Numbered from the stretch's first letter, positions 33,502 through 46,387 are shown. The stretch: DNA of 64,000 bases from Scenedesmus sp. PABB004 (GCA_014905635.1 JABVCE010000008.1:496001-560000), one strand, 5' to 3'. Numbers and translations are program-made. Notes: generated by a model from the sequence alone, not told the origin.

Positions 33502-34319
33502 GGTGCCGCGCGCAGCGGCCCGGCCGGGCGCCCGGAATGGCCTGACCGCGCTCGCGGCCAATCAAGGCGCGCGGGGGCCCGGGGCGCGGGGGCGGGCGCG
33601 GGCGAAGCTGCTGATGGCGCGGCGTGGCGAGGCTGGGGCGCTGGGCGGCCGGGCGGCGCGTCGGGGCGGCAGTGATCGGCGGCCGGGCGGCGGGTGTGGC
33701 GCGCGGGGGCCCAGGGGTGGGGGGAGCGCCAGCGTGGGCGCGCCAGGGCTCGGGAGGCCCGCGGTGCAGCGAGGGCCGCTGGGGCGGCCGTCATCCCGTG
33801 CGTCCCCCGACGCCAGCACACAGCTCCGCCAGCGACGCGCGGTCGCCCCTGCCTGCCCAGCAGCAGCAGCTGCTTCAGGCCTCCACCGGCTGCAGGCAGC
33901 GCCGCGCCGGCCGCCCGCCCAGCCCGGAGCGACCAGGCGCCTACGACGCTGCGTTTCGCGTGCGTGCGGCCCCTGATCTGAGCAGGTGCGGCCGCGAGGG
34001 CCATCGCCCGCCCCCCTGCACCCGCCCCCGCGCGCTGGGGCGGCCAGGGCCCCACCTGACCGGCTCGGTCGCGGGAAAGCAGCACCAGCCCGCAGATCGG
34101 GACGCGGGCGGCGCCGGATTGCGCCGCGGCGCGCGGCAGCACCACAGAGCAGCAGGAGGCCATCTGCGCCCCGCGCGCGCCACATGCGCGCCGCCGCGCC
34201 CCGCGCCGCCGCCCCCGCCCATGCCCGCCGCCGCCGCCGGCCAATGGCGCCGCCCGCAGGCGCCGGCGTCGGCCTCCGGCGCCGCGCGACTCGTCGGCAG
34301 CAGCGCGGCAGCAGCGACG

Positions 34320-35133
34320 ATGAGCGGCGGCAGCGGCGCGCTGCTCGCCGCGGCGCGGCGCGTCGGCGCGCTGCCGGCGTCGTCCCTCTGCGGCGCCGCT
34401 GCCGCGCCCGCGGCGGCGGGCGCGCTGCAGCGCGGTGCGGGCCTGTCGAGCTCGGCCGCGCCGGCCGCGGCGCAGCCCGCGCCGTCGGCGCCGCCGGCGG
34501 GCGGCGCCAAGGGCAACGCGCTCGACTACGTCGTGTCGGGCGTGGACACGATCATCAACTGGGCCCGCATGGGCTCGCTCTGGCCCATGACGTTTGGCCT
34601 CGCGTGCTGCGCGGTCGAGATGATGCACACCGGCGCCGCGCGCTACGACCTCGACCGCTTCGGCATCATCTTCCGCCCCAGCCCGCGCCAGAGCGACGCG
34701 ATGATCGTCGCGGGCACGCTGACCAACAAGATGGCGCCCGCGCTGCGCAAGGTCTACGACCAGGTGCGCGCGTCGCGGGGGGCCAGCGGGGGCCCTGCGG
34801 CGGCGGGCGCGGGCGACCGCGTGCGACGCCGCGCGGCGGCGGCCGCCCCTGCAGGCGGCGGCGGCGGCGGCGCCGACGCACTCCCCCGCGCGCGCGCGCG
34901 CGCGCGCGCAGATGCCCGACCCGCGCTGGGTCATCTCCATGGGCAGCTGCGCCAACGGCGGCGGCTACTACCACTACAGCTACGCCGTTGTGCGCGGCTG
35001 CGACCGCGTGGTGCCGGTGGACATCTACGTCCCCGGCTGCCCGCCCACGGCCGAGGGGCTGCTCTTCGGCATCATGCAGCTGCAGAAGAAGATCGCGCGC
35101 ACGCAGACGACCAAGCTGTGGTTTGAGAAGTGA
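34320..35133 (+). CDS. NDUFS7: NADH:ubiquinone oxidoreductase PSST/20 kDa subunit, 2 exons
   Basis: [24 protein letters not shown]...RPSPRQSD...[27 protein letters not shown]...[10 protein letters not shown], with a mitochondrial presequence. Confidence 0.97.
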
Positions 35134-35529
35134 TCACTTCTCATGAGGGGCCGGGCGGCGCGGCGCGGGGCGGGGCGGGGCGGGCGGGGGGCCACGCGCG
35201 GCGGCAGCAGGCCGCCGCGCGGCGGGCGCGGCGCGCACGGGGCGCCCGCGAGCAGCTTGCCGACTTGGACCGACGCGCGCGCGCGCGGGTGCAGCAGCCG
35301 CCTGCCCCACAGCTGCTGCTGCTTCTGTAGTAGAGCACTCGCTAGTACGCGGCGGGGCGGGGTGCATCGGGCACGGTAACCCCGCTTTGTCGCCCCCGCC
35401 TCGCCCTCCCCCAGCCGCCCCGCGCGCACGTATGATGAAATGCCCAACCCGCCGCACACGCGCCGCGCCTCGACGCTCCCTCACGCCGCCCCGCCGCCCG
35501 CTTGCCTTGCCCGCCGCCTCGCGGCGGCC

Positions 35530-38033
35530 TCACAGCAGCGTCTGCCTGCTGCTGCCAGGCAGCCAGCCGCCGAGCTGCTGCTCGTCGCCGGCGTCGCCGG
35601 CGGCCGCCGCGGCGGGCGCCGCGCCGCCGCGCTGCCGCCGCGGCGCGCCGGCCGCCACGTCGCCGCGCGTGCCGAGGAGCTCAGCCTCGAAGGTCTGACT
35701 AAATCCGGTCGCGATGATCGTGACCTGCGAGCGCGCGGCGGCCGTGGGGTGTCGGGCTCGCAGGGCACACGGCGGGCGCGCACAGCGCGCCGGGCACAGC
35801 GCGGCGCGGCGGCGCGCGCCCGGCCGCCCCGCCAGTGCGCGCTGAGCGGGGCGCGCCTGGACGTCGTCGGGCGGGCAGCTCTCGTCGACGACGGCGCCGA
35901 AGATGATGTTGGAGCTCGGGTCGCCCGCGAGGCCGGTGACGACCTCCGAGATCGTGTTGACCTCGGCGAGCGTGAGGTTGGCGGGGCCTGCGCCGCGCGC
36001 CGCGGCCGTCGGCGCGCGCTCGCGCTCTGCAGCCAGACGCGGCGGGCGCAGCAGCTGTGCGGCGGCGCGGGCGGGCAGGGCGGTGCGGCGGCGCGCCTGT
36101 GATGTTGAAGACGATGCCGGTCGCGCGCTCGATCGTGGACTGGATGAGCGGCGCGTTGGTCGCGCCGTACGCCGCCTGGCCGCGCAGCGTTGTGTTGCCG
36201 GTTGGTGGGCGGCGGCGGCGGCGGCAGGCCCCGCTGTGTGAGGCAGAAGGCGGCGTGCCGGCGGCGCCGCGCGCCGCACGCGCCGCGCGTGCCGCGCGCG
36301 GGCGCGCGCCTGCAGCGCGCGGTCGGGGCCGGAGCCGTAGCCGACGCCGAGCATGGCGGTGCCGCTGTTGCGCATGACCGCCTTGATGTCTGAACGCCGC
36401 CGCGGCCGGGGGCGGGGGCCGGAGGCGGGTCGTCCGCACGCCCCGGGGCCACGCCCGCGCCGCGCGCGCGCGCGCGGCGGTGGCGCGCGAGCGCTTGTGG
36501 CGCGGGCGCGGGCGTGGTCCGCAGGCGGCGCGCGCCGCCGGCGCACCCGCAAAGTCCACGTTGATGAGGCCGGGGATGGTGATCATGTCGCTGATGCCGC
36601 CCACGCCCTGGCGGGCACGGCGCGACGAGCGGCGCGACGCGGCGCGTGTGGGCGCATGCGCGTGGGCGGGCGAGCGCGGCGGCGCCGCCCGGCCGGCCCC
36701 CTGGGCCCAGCGCGCCTGGCGCAGCACGGTGTCGGCGAGGGCAAAGGCGTCGGTGAGGCTCGTGGAGGTGCCGGACACGGCGTCGAGCAGCTTGTCGTTG
36801 GGGATGACGATCAGCGTGTCGACGTTGCTGCGTGTGCGTGCGTGAATGCGCGCGTTTGAATTGGTTTGAGCGCCGCGACGCGGCGAGACGGCGCGTGAGC
36901 AGCCAGCCGGCGCCGCTGCCAGGGCGCGCGCGCTGCCCGGCGACGCGGCGCGGCGCGGCGCGCCCACCGGCGCAGCGTCTCGATGCCCTCCACCGCCTGG
37001 CCCGCGCGGCGGCGGCCCTCAAAGCTGAAGGGGTAGGTCACGACGCCCTGGGCAGCAGGGGGCGGCAGGGGCGCGGCGGAGGGTCGGGGCCGCCGCACGG
37101 CCGCCGCGCGCGCAGCGCGCGCCGCGCCCACGCCCACGCCCTCGCCGCCGCCCCGGGCGCGCGCGCGCGACCGCGCCGCTCCCCGCGCGCACCACGGTGA
37201 GGATGCCCGCGTCCTTGGCGAGGCGCGCGATGACAGGCGCGGCGCCCGTGCCGGTGCCGCCGCCCATGCCGGCCGTCACGAACAGCATGTCGGCGCCCGC
37301 CGCGACGCCCGCGAGCTCGGCCGCGCTCTCCTGCGCCGCCTGCTCGCCGAGCGCGGGCTTGCCGCCCGTGCCGAGGCCGCGCGTGAGCGCGGTGCCGATC
37401 TGGAGCTTGTTGGGGCAGATGTTGGCGTCGAGGGACTGCTTGTCGGTGTTGACCGCCCAAAACTCGACGTTCTGCAGCCCCGTCGCGATCATGCGCGCGA
37501 TGGCGTTGCCGCCGCCGCCGCCGCAGCCGACGACCTTGATGAGCGCGTGGCCGTTGCGGTTGGCCTCCGCCTGCGCGAGGTACGCGGCCGCCGCGGCCGC
37601 CGAGATGGCCGACGCGCCGGCCGGCGCCGGCGGCGCGCCGGCGACGTCGGCCGGCGGCGCCGCGGGCGCGGGCGCGGGCGCCGCCGCGAGCGGCTCCTCC
37701 TCGCGCGGCGCGAGCTCCTCGCCGTCGCCGCCGCCCCCGTGCACCATGCGGCAGAGCACCGACAGGCTGCGCTTGAGCGCGACCGGCAGGCCGCCGCCGG
37801 GTGGCGCGGCGCAGAGGCAGGGGCGCGCGGTGCGCTGCCGCACGGAGCTGTGCGCCGCGGGGTGCCGGGCGCCGCCGGCGCTCAGGGAGCGGGAGGCCTG
37901 CGGGGAGGGGGCAGCCATCAGGTCGGGGAGCAGCCATCAGGCCGCCATGGCACGGCAGCGGCGGGGCGGTTGGCGGCGCTCCGCTGCTGCGGGCGACCGG
38001 CGCGCGCCACGCCCGCAGAGCCCCCACCTGCAT
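35530..38033 (-). CDS. FTSZ1: Plastid division protein FtsZ (FtsZ1-type), 9 exons
   Basis: [64 protein letters not shown] and VTIIATGF. No FtsZ2-type C-terminal core motif seen. Confidence 0.92.
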
Positions 38034-38328
38034 GGCTGTTGGACTGCGCGCGAGCCGGAGACGGGCTGCCGCGGTGCCGAAAGCGGCGGTGTGCGCGGCG
38101 CGGGGCGGGGCGGCGAGTGTTGTGCGGCGCCTGCTCGGCGCGGCGCTGGCGCGAGCTGCGGGCGGCGTGCGAGATTGCACGGAGGCGGGCCTTGGGCGGG
38201 AGGCCGGCACGGCAGGCCGGGGAAGGCTCGGGGCGCGAGCTGTCACGGCGGCGCGGCGGCCCTTCGAAAACCGGCTCGACCGATTGTGACGCCTCCATCT
38301 TCACCGGCCGCACCGCAAAAAAAGCGCG

Positions 38329-38544
38329 ATCAACCATTCGGGCCTCGACTCGGCCCTGCTCGACGCGGTGACGCTCAAGGCGCTGCCGCTGCGCGCGAGC
38401 GCGGCGCACCACGACGCGCACCACCGCTACTGCAACCACGCGCTGCGCGCGACAAACTACGGCGAGAGCTTCTGGGTGTGGGACTGGCTGTTCAGCACGC
38501 GCTGCAAGCTCGAGGGCGCCGCCGCCGCCGCCAAGGCCGAGTGA
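38329..38544 (+). pseudogene. Orphan 3' fragment of a sterol desaturase / fatty-acid hydroxylase family gene
   Basis: Reads INHSG...HHDAHH...NYGESFWVWDWLFST...*, the C-terminal His-box region of this family. In-frame TGA upstream at 38287, no ATG, and absent from the ORF track. Confidence 0.75.
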
Positions 38545-39154
38545 TGATGCGGGAGGGGAGCGCCGTGCGCGAGGAGCGCACGCCGGGGCGCGCCGCGGCG
38601 GCGAGGCGTGCAGCGGCGCGCGTCGGTGACGCCGGTGACGCTCGTGATATTTCACCGTGCCGGCGCGTGCGACACTGCCGCAGCCCAGCTCGCCGCCTGC
38701 TCGCCCCGCCGGCGACATGCGGGCCCCGTGTGCTGCTGACGTCGAGGGCAGAGCCACCTGGCCGAGTGCCGCCGACCACGCGCCCCACGCGTGACACGCG
38801 GCCGTGGCCCCCGACGCGTCGCAGCCCGGCGCCAGGCACTGCGCCAGGGGCGGCGGCGAGCGCTCCGGTCCGCAGCGCGGACTTCAGTGACCACGTGTGA
38901 CCGCGCCGCCTGGAGCAGGGTTCGGCAGGGTTCTGCCCTGCACGCGACGCTGGCGGACCAGACCCGCCGCCAGGCTGCGCTGCGAGCAGTCGGCCTCGGC
39001 GCCGCCGCTGCCGACCAACGCAGGCCCGCCGCGCACGCGCCAGCCGCAGCCGCCCAGCGCCCGCCGCTGCTGCCGCCGCCAGCGCCCGCCGTCCGGCCGC
39101 CGTCCGGCCGCCGCGCAGCGCAGAGCGGGGGGCGGGCGGCTCATCACCGCAGCG

Positions 39155-42059
39155 ATGGCGGGGACGGAGGAGGCGGAGGAGCAGGTGCCGCAGCAGGCGG
39201 GCGCGGCAGAGCCCGCGGAGCTTGGCAGCGCGACTGAGGAGGACACGGAGACCGACGAGGGCGCGACGGAGGAGGAGGACGTCTCTGAGGGAGGCGAGGG
39301 AGGCAAGAAGAAGAAAAAGAAGAAGAAGGTGCGCGCCGCGGCGGGGCCTGGCGCATCCGGCGCAGCAGCAGCGCCCGCCGCGCGCGCCTGGGGCGCGCTC
39401 ACGCCGCGGCGCCGCGTGCTGCAGAAGAAGAAGAAGAAGGCCGGCGCGTCTGGCGAGCCTGGGAGCTCCAGCGATGAGGCGGGCAGCGGGCAGCAGGCGC
39501 CGGCGGGCGCCTCGCAGCAGGAGAAGCAGGAGAAGCAGGAGGCGGAGCGCAGGTGTGACCCGGCGCGCAGGGCGGCGTGACAGCCACCCGGCTCGCTGCT
39601 GGGAGCGAGCGGCGGTGCCGTGCGCAGCGGGCCGTCGGGCGCGGGCAGCGGCGGCGCGCGGCCGCGGCGGCCGAGCGTGCGCCGCGGCGCCGATCGCAGG
39701 TTCCAGAAGGCCCTGGAGGCGGCCAAGCACAGCGAGGACATGTGGGTCCTCCTGGGCAACGCCAACATCCACGACGCCAAGGCCCGCAAGGTGCGCCGCC
39801 GCCAGGAAGCGGCGGCCGGCGGCGCCGCGGCCGCCCTCTGCCGGCGCGCGGTGCGACGGCCGCGCCCGCGACGCGCGCCCGCAGCTCTTTGACGCGCTGC
39901 GGGCCAACGCCAGCATCACCAGCGTCAACCTGTCGGCCAACCACATCGGCGACGAGGGCGTGCAGGTGCGCGCCGCCGGCGGGGCCCGCGGCCGTGGCCG
40001 GCGGCGCCGCGCAGGCAGGCGCCGACGCCGGCTGCGCGCCGCCCCGCGCGTGCCCGCAGGCGCTCGTGGACGTCCTGCAGGACGGAGGCTGCGCCGAGCT
40101 GATCAACCTGGACCTGCGGGGCAACGAGCTGTCAGAGCAGGCGCAGTCGCTGCTGGTGCGCGCGCCGTGCCGCGCCCGGGCAGCAGCCACGCGGCCGGCT
40201 GCGCGCCCCGCCGGCGGCCCCGTCGCAACGCCCCACCGCCGCCGCTGCCGCCGCTGCCGCCGCTGCCACTGCTGCCGCCGCCGCCGCCACCCAGCGTGAG
40301 CTGCGCAAGAAGCGCCGGCAGCTGGTGATCGAGGTCGGGCCCCTGCCCGACGAGAACGCGGAGGCGAGCAGCAGCGGCGCCGGCCCCGGCGCCGGCGGCA
40401 AGCACGGCGCGCGCGGGCGCGGCGCGGCGCGCGGCGCGGCCAAGGGCGCCGCGGCGGGCGCGGGCGGCCCGGCCGCCGAGAAGCAGTGGGACGGGCAGTC
40501 GCTGAAGGAGCTCGCAAAGTGAGTCGGCGGACCCAGCGCCGCACTGACGGGCACAGCCGCGCGGCCGCGGCGGCCGCCGCGTGCGCGCGCCGGGCCGGCT
40601 GCGGGGGGCGGGGCGGGGCGCCGCCGGCCCAGCCTGCGCGCCTCCCGCCCAGCCTGCGTGCCTCCGGCCGCGCCGCGCCGCGCCGCGCCGCGCCGCGCCG
40701 CGCCGCGCAGGCACAGCCCCATGTTCCGGCGGTACTTCCAAACGGAGGAGGAGGAGGGCGCCGCGGGGAGCAGCAGCAGCGACGGCGAGCCGGAGGGCGC
40801 CGAGGCGCTGCCGCCGCCGCAGGAGCTGTGGGACCAGGTGGGCGGCCGCGCGCAGCACCGCACCGCGCGGCGGGGCGGCCCGCCGGGGGTCGCCGCGCAC
40901 TGCGGGGCTGCCCGCCGCTGAGCGCCGCGCGTCGCGCAGGTGCTGGCGCTGCTGCCGGTCGGGCTCGCCGCGATCCCTCAGCTGAGCGAGGCGCTGCTGG
41001 CGGTCAGCCGCGCGCTCGACGCCGAGATGGCCAACATGCCTGCGCCGGAGGAGCGCGCGCAGCTGCCCAACTTCCGGCCGCACCACCAGGCGGTGCTGCA
41101 GCACCTTGGCCTGCTGCAGCAGGTGCTGGCGCTCACGCCGCAGCCGCAGCTGACGCAGTCGAGCGCCAGCGAAGCCCAGGTGCGCGGGGGCGCGCCGGGG
41201 CGCAGGGGTGGCCCGCCGTCGCTGGCCGCTCACGCGCCGCCGCTCGCTCATGCCGCCGCCGTTGCTCGCTCACGCCGCCGCCGCCGCCGCCGCGGCGCGC
41301 GCAGCCGGCGGTGGGCAGCCACCGCGTGTGGGCGTGCGCCATCCTGCACATGCTGCTGCTGCACAGCCATCCTGCGATCGACCGCGCCGTCGCTGACGCG
41401 GGGCTGCTGCCGGCCGCGCTCGCGCTCGCGCTCGCGCGCACGACCGCTGCAGCGCGGTGCAGTGCCGCGCCGTGGAGATGCTGCGCTGCAGCCTGCAGAG
41501 CAGCGTGCACGAGCTCTGGCGCGGCCTCTTCTTGCCGGGCTTTGGCTGCGGGCTCGCGCAGCGCGGCGGCGAGCCGCTGCCGCCGCTGCACGACGAGCTC
41601 ATCCGCCTAGGTGCGCGCCGCGCCCGCGCCCGGCGGGGGGCCTGCATGCGCGCGCGTGCGCGCCGCCGGGCGGGCGCGGGCGCCGACCCGCCGACCCGCC
41701 CCGCCGCCGCAGCGAGCGCCGCGGGCAAGCAGGCGATGGGGCAGCGGCCCTGCGTGATGGGCTTTGTCGCGGAGGTCGCCAACGCGCTGCTGCAGGCCAG
41801 CGACGCGGCGGCGCCCGACTACTACTGCGCCGAGCTCGCGGCGCTGCTGGCGGGCAGCGACGCGTGGCAGCGCAGCACGGAGCCGTCGGGCGCGCTGCAC
41901 GCGCTGCTCGCGGAGCAGGACGGCCAGCTGTGCGGCCCGCCGCCGCCGCGGCCGGCGCAGTCGGTGGACGAGGAGGAGAGCGCGGATCAGGGGCTGGGCA
42001 TCATCAACGGCAGCCAGCTCATGGCGCTGCTCTCGCGCATGGGCGACCTCACGACCTAG
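39155..42059 (+). CDS. Protein with N-terminal RNI-like LRRs and C-terminal SAPS(SIT4/PP6 regulator)-like region; apparent frameshift near 41435
   Basis: LRANASITSVNLSANHIGDEGVQ|ALVDVL and LINLDLRGNELS (RI-like LRR), then VGSHRVWACAILHMLL and RPCVMGFVAEVANAL (SAPS-like by eye). TAG at 42057-42059. Confidence 0.7.
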
Positions 42060-42315
42060 AGCAGCAGCGGCGCGCGGGTGACGTGATCGCTGCCGCGGCG
42101 GCTGCAGCGGCGACGCTCTCCCCACGAGTTCCCACACGCCTGCACGCCTGCAGCATGGCATTCATTCGGGCAACCTTGGCTGGCGCAGGAGGGGGGGCAA
42201 GCCGGGGCTGGCTGCTGGCCCGCCCACCCGCGAGATCGGGCCGCGGCGCGTGTCATCACTTCGCATGCGCACCGTGAGCGCGGCGCGCCACGCATCGCGG
42301 CACTGCGAGCTGCCT

Positions 42316-42320
42316 TGTAA
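42316..42320 (+). promoter_or_regulatory. TGTAA polyadenylation signal (LRR-SAPS gene)
   Basis: TGTAA about 260 bp downstream of the stop codon in a context where AT-rich 5-mers are rare. Confidence 0.55.
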
Positions 42321-42561
42321 ATGGCTGGTCGTCGGCAGTCGCTAAACAGAAACGGCGCTTCAACCACCGCCCGCCCGGTGGCCAGCCCCGAGCCCAGCTC
42401 GTGTCGTGCCGGCGTGCGTTCAGCCACCGTCGGTCGAGCCACCGCAGCGCAGCGCCCGCCCCAGCGCCCGCCAGCGGCCCGCCTCCGGCGCCCAAGCTCG
42501 CCTGCCGCCTGCTGGACCGGTCGGAGCCGTCCGGGTGCTTGCCTTGAGCTCGCACGAAGCC

Positions 42562-42930
42562 ATGGCGCGCGCAGTGATGGCGCTGCTGGCGCTGGGCGCG
42601 CTGTGCAGCGGTGAGCGCTGCGAGCCATCGGGGCGACAGTTGCGGCCGCCTGGCGCCGCACTGGCGGCGGGATTATGCGGGACGTGCTGGGGCTGGGCCA
42701 TACGCCAGCCACGCGCGCTGGGCGGGCCTGGCAGTCGCGCGGCGGCCTGGCAGTTGCTCCCCTCGCCCATCGCCGGTCACCCGGCGCTGCGGGCCGCTGG
42801 GCCCGCGCCGCGAGCCGGCGGGACCGGCGTCGCGGCGGACGGTGGCGGGCCGGCCCTGGGCCGCGCCGCGGCGCCATTGGTGCCTGCGCCGGCGCGGGCG
42901 CTGCCGCCGCTGCTCGCTGCCGGTGACGCT

Positions 42931-42964
<34 letters not shown>

Positions 42965-44953
42965 AGCCGCCCACGCGCAGCTGCTGCAGGCCGCGCCGGG
43001 CGCGACCATCGCGCCCGCGGCCGCCGCGCCGGGCGCGGCGGCGGCGCCCAACCCGTGCGCGCTCGGGATCAACTTTTTCCCCGTCGGCGGCGATAACCGC
43101 CCGACCGGCTGGACGGCGCCGGTGCAGCAGAACGCGGGCAACACGGCGTCGGACCAGATGCTGAAGATCGCGCTCGCGGGGTACCCCATCCCCATGCTCT
43201 TCATGGCCCCGCTCTCGGTCTTCACGCAGGTCAACGGACAGATCCCGGGCGCGTGCATCGGCAGCGCGGCCAACGGCGTGCTCACGCGCCCCGCCGCGTT
43301 CACCATCACCTACGCCCTCGCCGGCACCGGCGGCGTGCTTGGGCCATACACCAAGGGCTCCAAGCAGGACCCGCCCGCCAACGTCACGCTCAACGTCGTC
43401 CCGCAGCTGCCCGACGTGCGGCCGCCGCGCCGCGCCGCGGCTGCCGCGTGCGCGCCCCGCCCCTCCGCGCGCGCCCCGCCCCTCCGCGCGCGCCCCGCCG
43501 CTGCGCGGGCCCCGGCTGACCCCGCTCTCCGCCGCCCCGCTACCGCGCCGGCCCCCCAGGGTGACTACTGCCTGCAGGTCAAGATGGATATCATTCCCGG
43601 CAGCGGCGTCGCCGCGGTCGGCGCGCAGACGGTGCAGGTGCCGTCCGCGCCGCAGTCCGTCTCGCGCCAGGTGCGGCGCGGCGCGCGCCGGCGGCGGCGG
43701 GGCTGGCGGCGCCGGCGCCAGCGCCGGGGGGCGGGGAGCACGCGTGTGCACGGCACGCAGCACGCGTGGCACGCGTGGCACGCGTGGCACGCGCGGCACG
43801 CGCCCGCCCGCCCACCGCCCGCCGCGCGGCCTTGCAACCCTAACCCCAGGTGTGCTTTGTGAAGCTCGCGACGCGGCCGACGGCCAACGTGACGTTCCAC
43901 TCGTGCAACACCTCATTCGCGGTCGACCTCAGCGGCATCGCGCCCAAGCCGACCTACAGCAAGTACCCCGACCTGCAGCTCTTCTCGACCGTGTTCCACG
44001 TCTGGGGCAAGCTCAACCGCACGTTTGACCGCAACCCCCAGGGCGACAACCTGCTCGACTATTTTGACCAGTACGTCAAGTGGACCGACCCGGCCAAGCC
44101 CAACTTCCTGCAGGTCTACATGGACTCCCCCGGCCTCGTCAACGGCTATTACAACGTCTGGATCGAGGGCTCCCTCGCGACGAGCTCGCCCGACCTCGTC
44201 TCGCTGTTCGGTCTCGACCAGTACGACGACGGCAGCGCCAAGTACATGGGCGTTAGCCTGCGCAACAACTCCAACAAGCCCGTCCCGATCCAGACCGTGC
44301 GCTCCAAGATCGTCGACCTCGCCGGCCCCGACGTCCCGGTGCAGCTCGGCACCGCCGCGACGTTCATCTGGGAGACACAGGGCTACGGCGAGCAGTTTTG
44401 CTACGTGGACGGCCAGAAGGTCGCCAACACCGCCGACCTGGTGCGGGGGGCGCGGGGCGCGGGCTGGGGCGGCGGCCGGCGGCAGCAGCGAGCGGCGGCC
44501 GGCGGCAGCAGCGAGCGGCAGGGGGCGGCAGCGAGCGGCGGCAGCAGCGGTGGCAGCAGCGGCAGCAGCAGCAGTCCCAGTGGGTGGCGGCGCGCTCACC
44601 CACCCCCCGCCGCCGCCGCCGCCGCTGCGCGGCAGGTGCACTGCGAGTCGCCGCTGAACCTGAAGGTCGTCGACAACGCCAACCACACGCTCGAGGTCGT
44701 GCTCGCGGACGTGTGCGGCGAGGTCGTGGCCAACGGCATCTACTTTGGCGCGTGGGGCTGGAGGCAAAACATGAAGTTCCAGCCGCCCGCGCCGCCGCCG
44801 CCGGCGCCGGAGCCGGTGTACAACGACAGCGGCATGCCTTCGATGCCGCTGCGCGCGCCGATCAAGCGCGACCGCTCGGGCGCCGCCGCGGCCGCGAGCA
44901 GCGCCGCGGCGCTGCTCGGCGCGGCGCTGCTCGGCCTCGCGCTCGCGCTGTGA
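42562..44953 (+). CDS. Uncharacterised secreted, probably GPI-anchored surface protein (paralogue A)
   Basis: Signal peptide MARAVMALLALGALCS, RRT|LLQ motif, Cys/aromatic-rich beta-type core, Pro-rich linker, and C-terminal [25 protein letters not shown]. Confidence 0.8.
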
Positions 44954-45323
44954 GCGCGCCGCCGCGGCGCGCGCGGCCGCCGCGGCGCGCGCGGCCGGCG
45001 CGGCGGCCCGGCACGGCCGGCGCGCCGTGTACATATTGTGCAGGCGAGCGAGGCGGCGGCGGCGGCGCTGGCCGGCCCCGGCCGCAGCGCGGCCCCGAGG
45101 CGGCGGGGGCGGCTGCGGCCGCCGCCCCCGCTGCCTTGGCGCGCTGATTGCAGCCCCAATCGCTTGGCACGAGCGCCGGGGCACTGGGATCGGAGTAGCT
45201 AGGCGCGGTGATGATGCGGGCGGGCGGGCGGGCGGGACGGCTGGACGGAAACGCCACTCTTCGAGCATGGTCAGTGGCAGCAGCGCGCGGGGCGCACCGC
45301 AAGGTTTGCACTCGCAGCACCGT

Positions 45324-45328
45324 TGTAA
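45324..45328 (+). promoter_or_regulatory. TGTAA polyadenylation signal (paralogue A)
   Basis: TGTAA about 370 bp after the stop at 44953. Confidence 0.5.
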
Positions 45329-46236
45329 GGGCGCCGGCGGCTGCGCAGCCCGCCGGCTCCTCGCACCCACAACGCACGATGCGCGCGGCGGGTGACTGGC
45401 GCGGGTAATGTGCTCGCACACCGGCAGCGCAAGCGCTGCAGCGGGAGAGCTCTCCAGCCGCAGGGCCCCCCCGGCCAGCGGGCGGCTGGGCCTGGGCCGC
45501 GGCGCACAGCCGCGCTCGCGCCGCCGCCCCCGGCGGGCTCAGTCCCCCCGCCTCGCAGCCTGCTCCGCATCGCCCGCCGCCTATCCCTGAGCTCAAAACG
45601 CAACTCGCACAGCCACCCGCACGCCCAGACGCCCAGGCGCTCGCCCCGAAGGCCGCGCCTGCTGCCGCGCGCGCGCCAACCGCTTGAGGCTCAGCGTCCT
45701 GCGGCGTCGGCGGTCGGCGGCGGCGGCGGCGCCGGTCGAGCGTGGGCAGCGGCGTGGCGGCAGCCCGCACTCCGCGACGCACCAGGGTGCCGCCGGCGCC
45801 GACGACGAGGCCACGCACTCCTTCTGCTCGAAGAACTCGCCGGCGCGGGCCTTGATGGCCGCAGCGATGCGGCGCTCGTCCGCCGCCATCGCTCGAACGC
45901 GCCGGCGCCGGCGCGGCCGGGGCGTGGGCGTGCGCTGCGTGTGCGTGCGCGGAGAGTGCGTGCGCGGTGAGTGCGTGCCGCACGGCGCGTCGCGGGACGC
46001 ACCAGCGGCGCTGCCGGCGCCGCCGAACACCACCGCCATGCTGCTCGCCGCGCGCCGCCTGCGAGCCGCCGCTGGCACCGCGGCGCGGCGGCAGCGGCGC
46101 GGCAGCAGCAGCGGCGGCGCCACGGCCATGGCGCAGCCCATCACGCAGCTCAGTCAGTTCAGTGATAGACTTCTTCCCAGCTCGACGCGACGGCGCGTTG
46201 CCGGAGCGTGGCCAGCCCTGGGGTCGCCCGACGCAC

Positions 46237-46387
46237 CTGGCTTGATGCGTTCGCGGGAGAGCTGCGTGACCTGGGCAAGGAAGGCGTCATCCACGTGCGT
46301 GACCAGGCGCGGCTGCGGGTAAAACTGTTGGTCGCTGCCGGCGTCCAGCTTGGTGCGCTGCTGCCGCGTCAGCACCTCGCGCACGGG
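46237..46387 (-). pseudogene. Isolated exon of a cyanobacterial/plastid-type SAM methyltransferase (N-terminal part)
   Basis: PVREVLTRQQRTKLDAGSDQQFYPQPRLVTHVDDAFLAQVTQLSRERIKP between CAG and GT. The expected downstream VLDLMSSWVSHLP-type exon was not found. Confidence 0.6.

Noticed and set aside
35530..38033. Bacterial contamination or recent HGT suggested by ftsZ, rpl21, solA-like genes and high GC
   Set aside because: All have spliceosomal introns and targeting peptides and are interspersed with eukaryote-specific genes.
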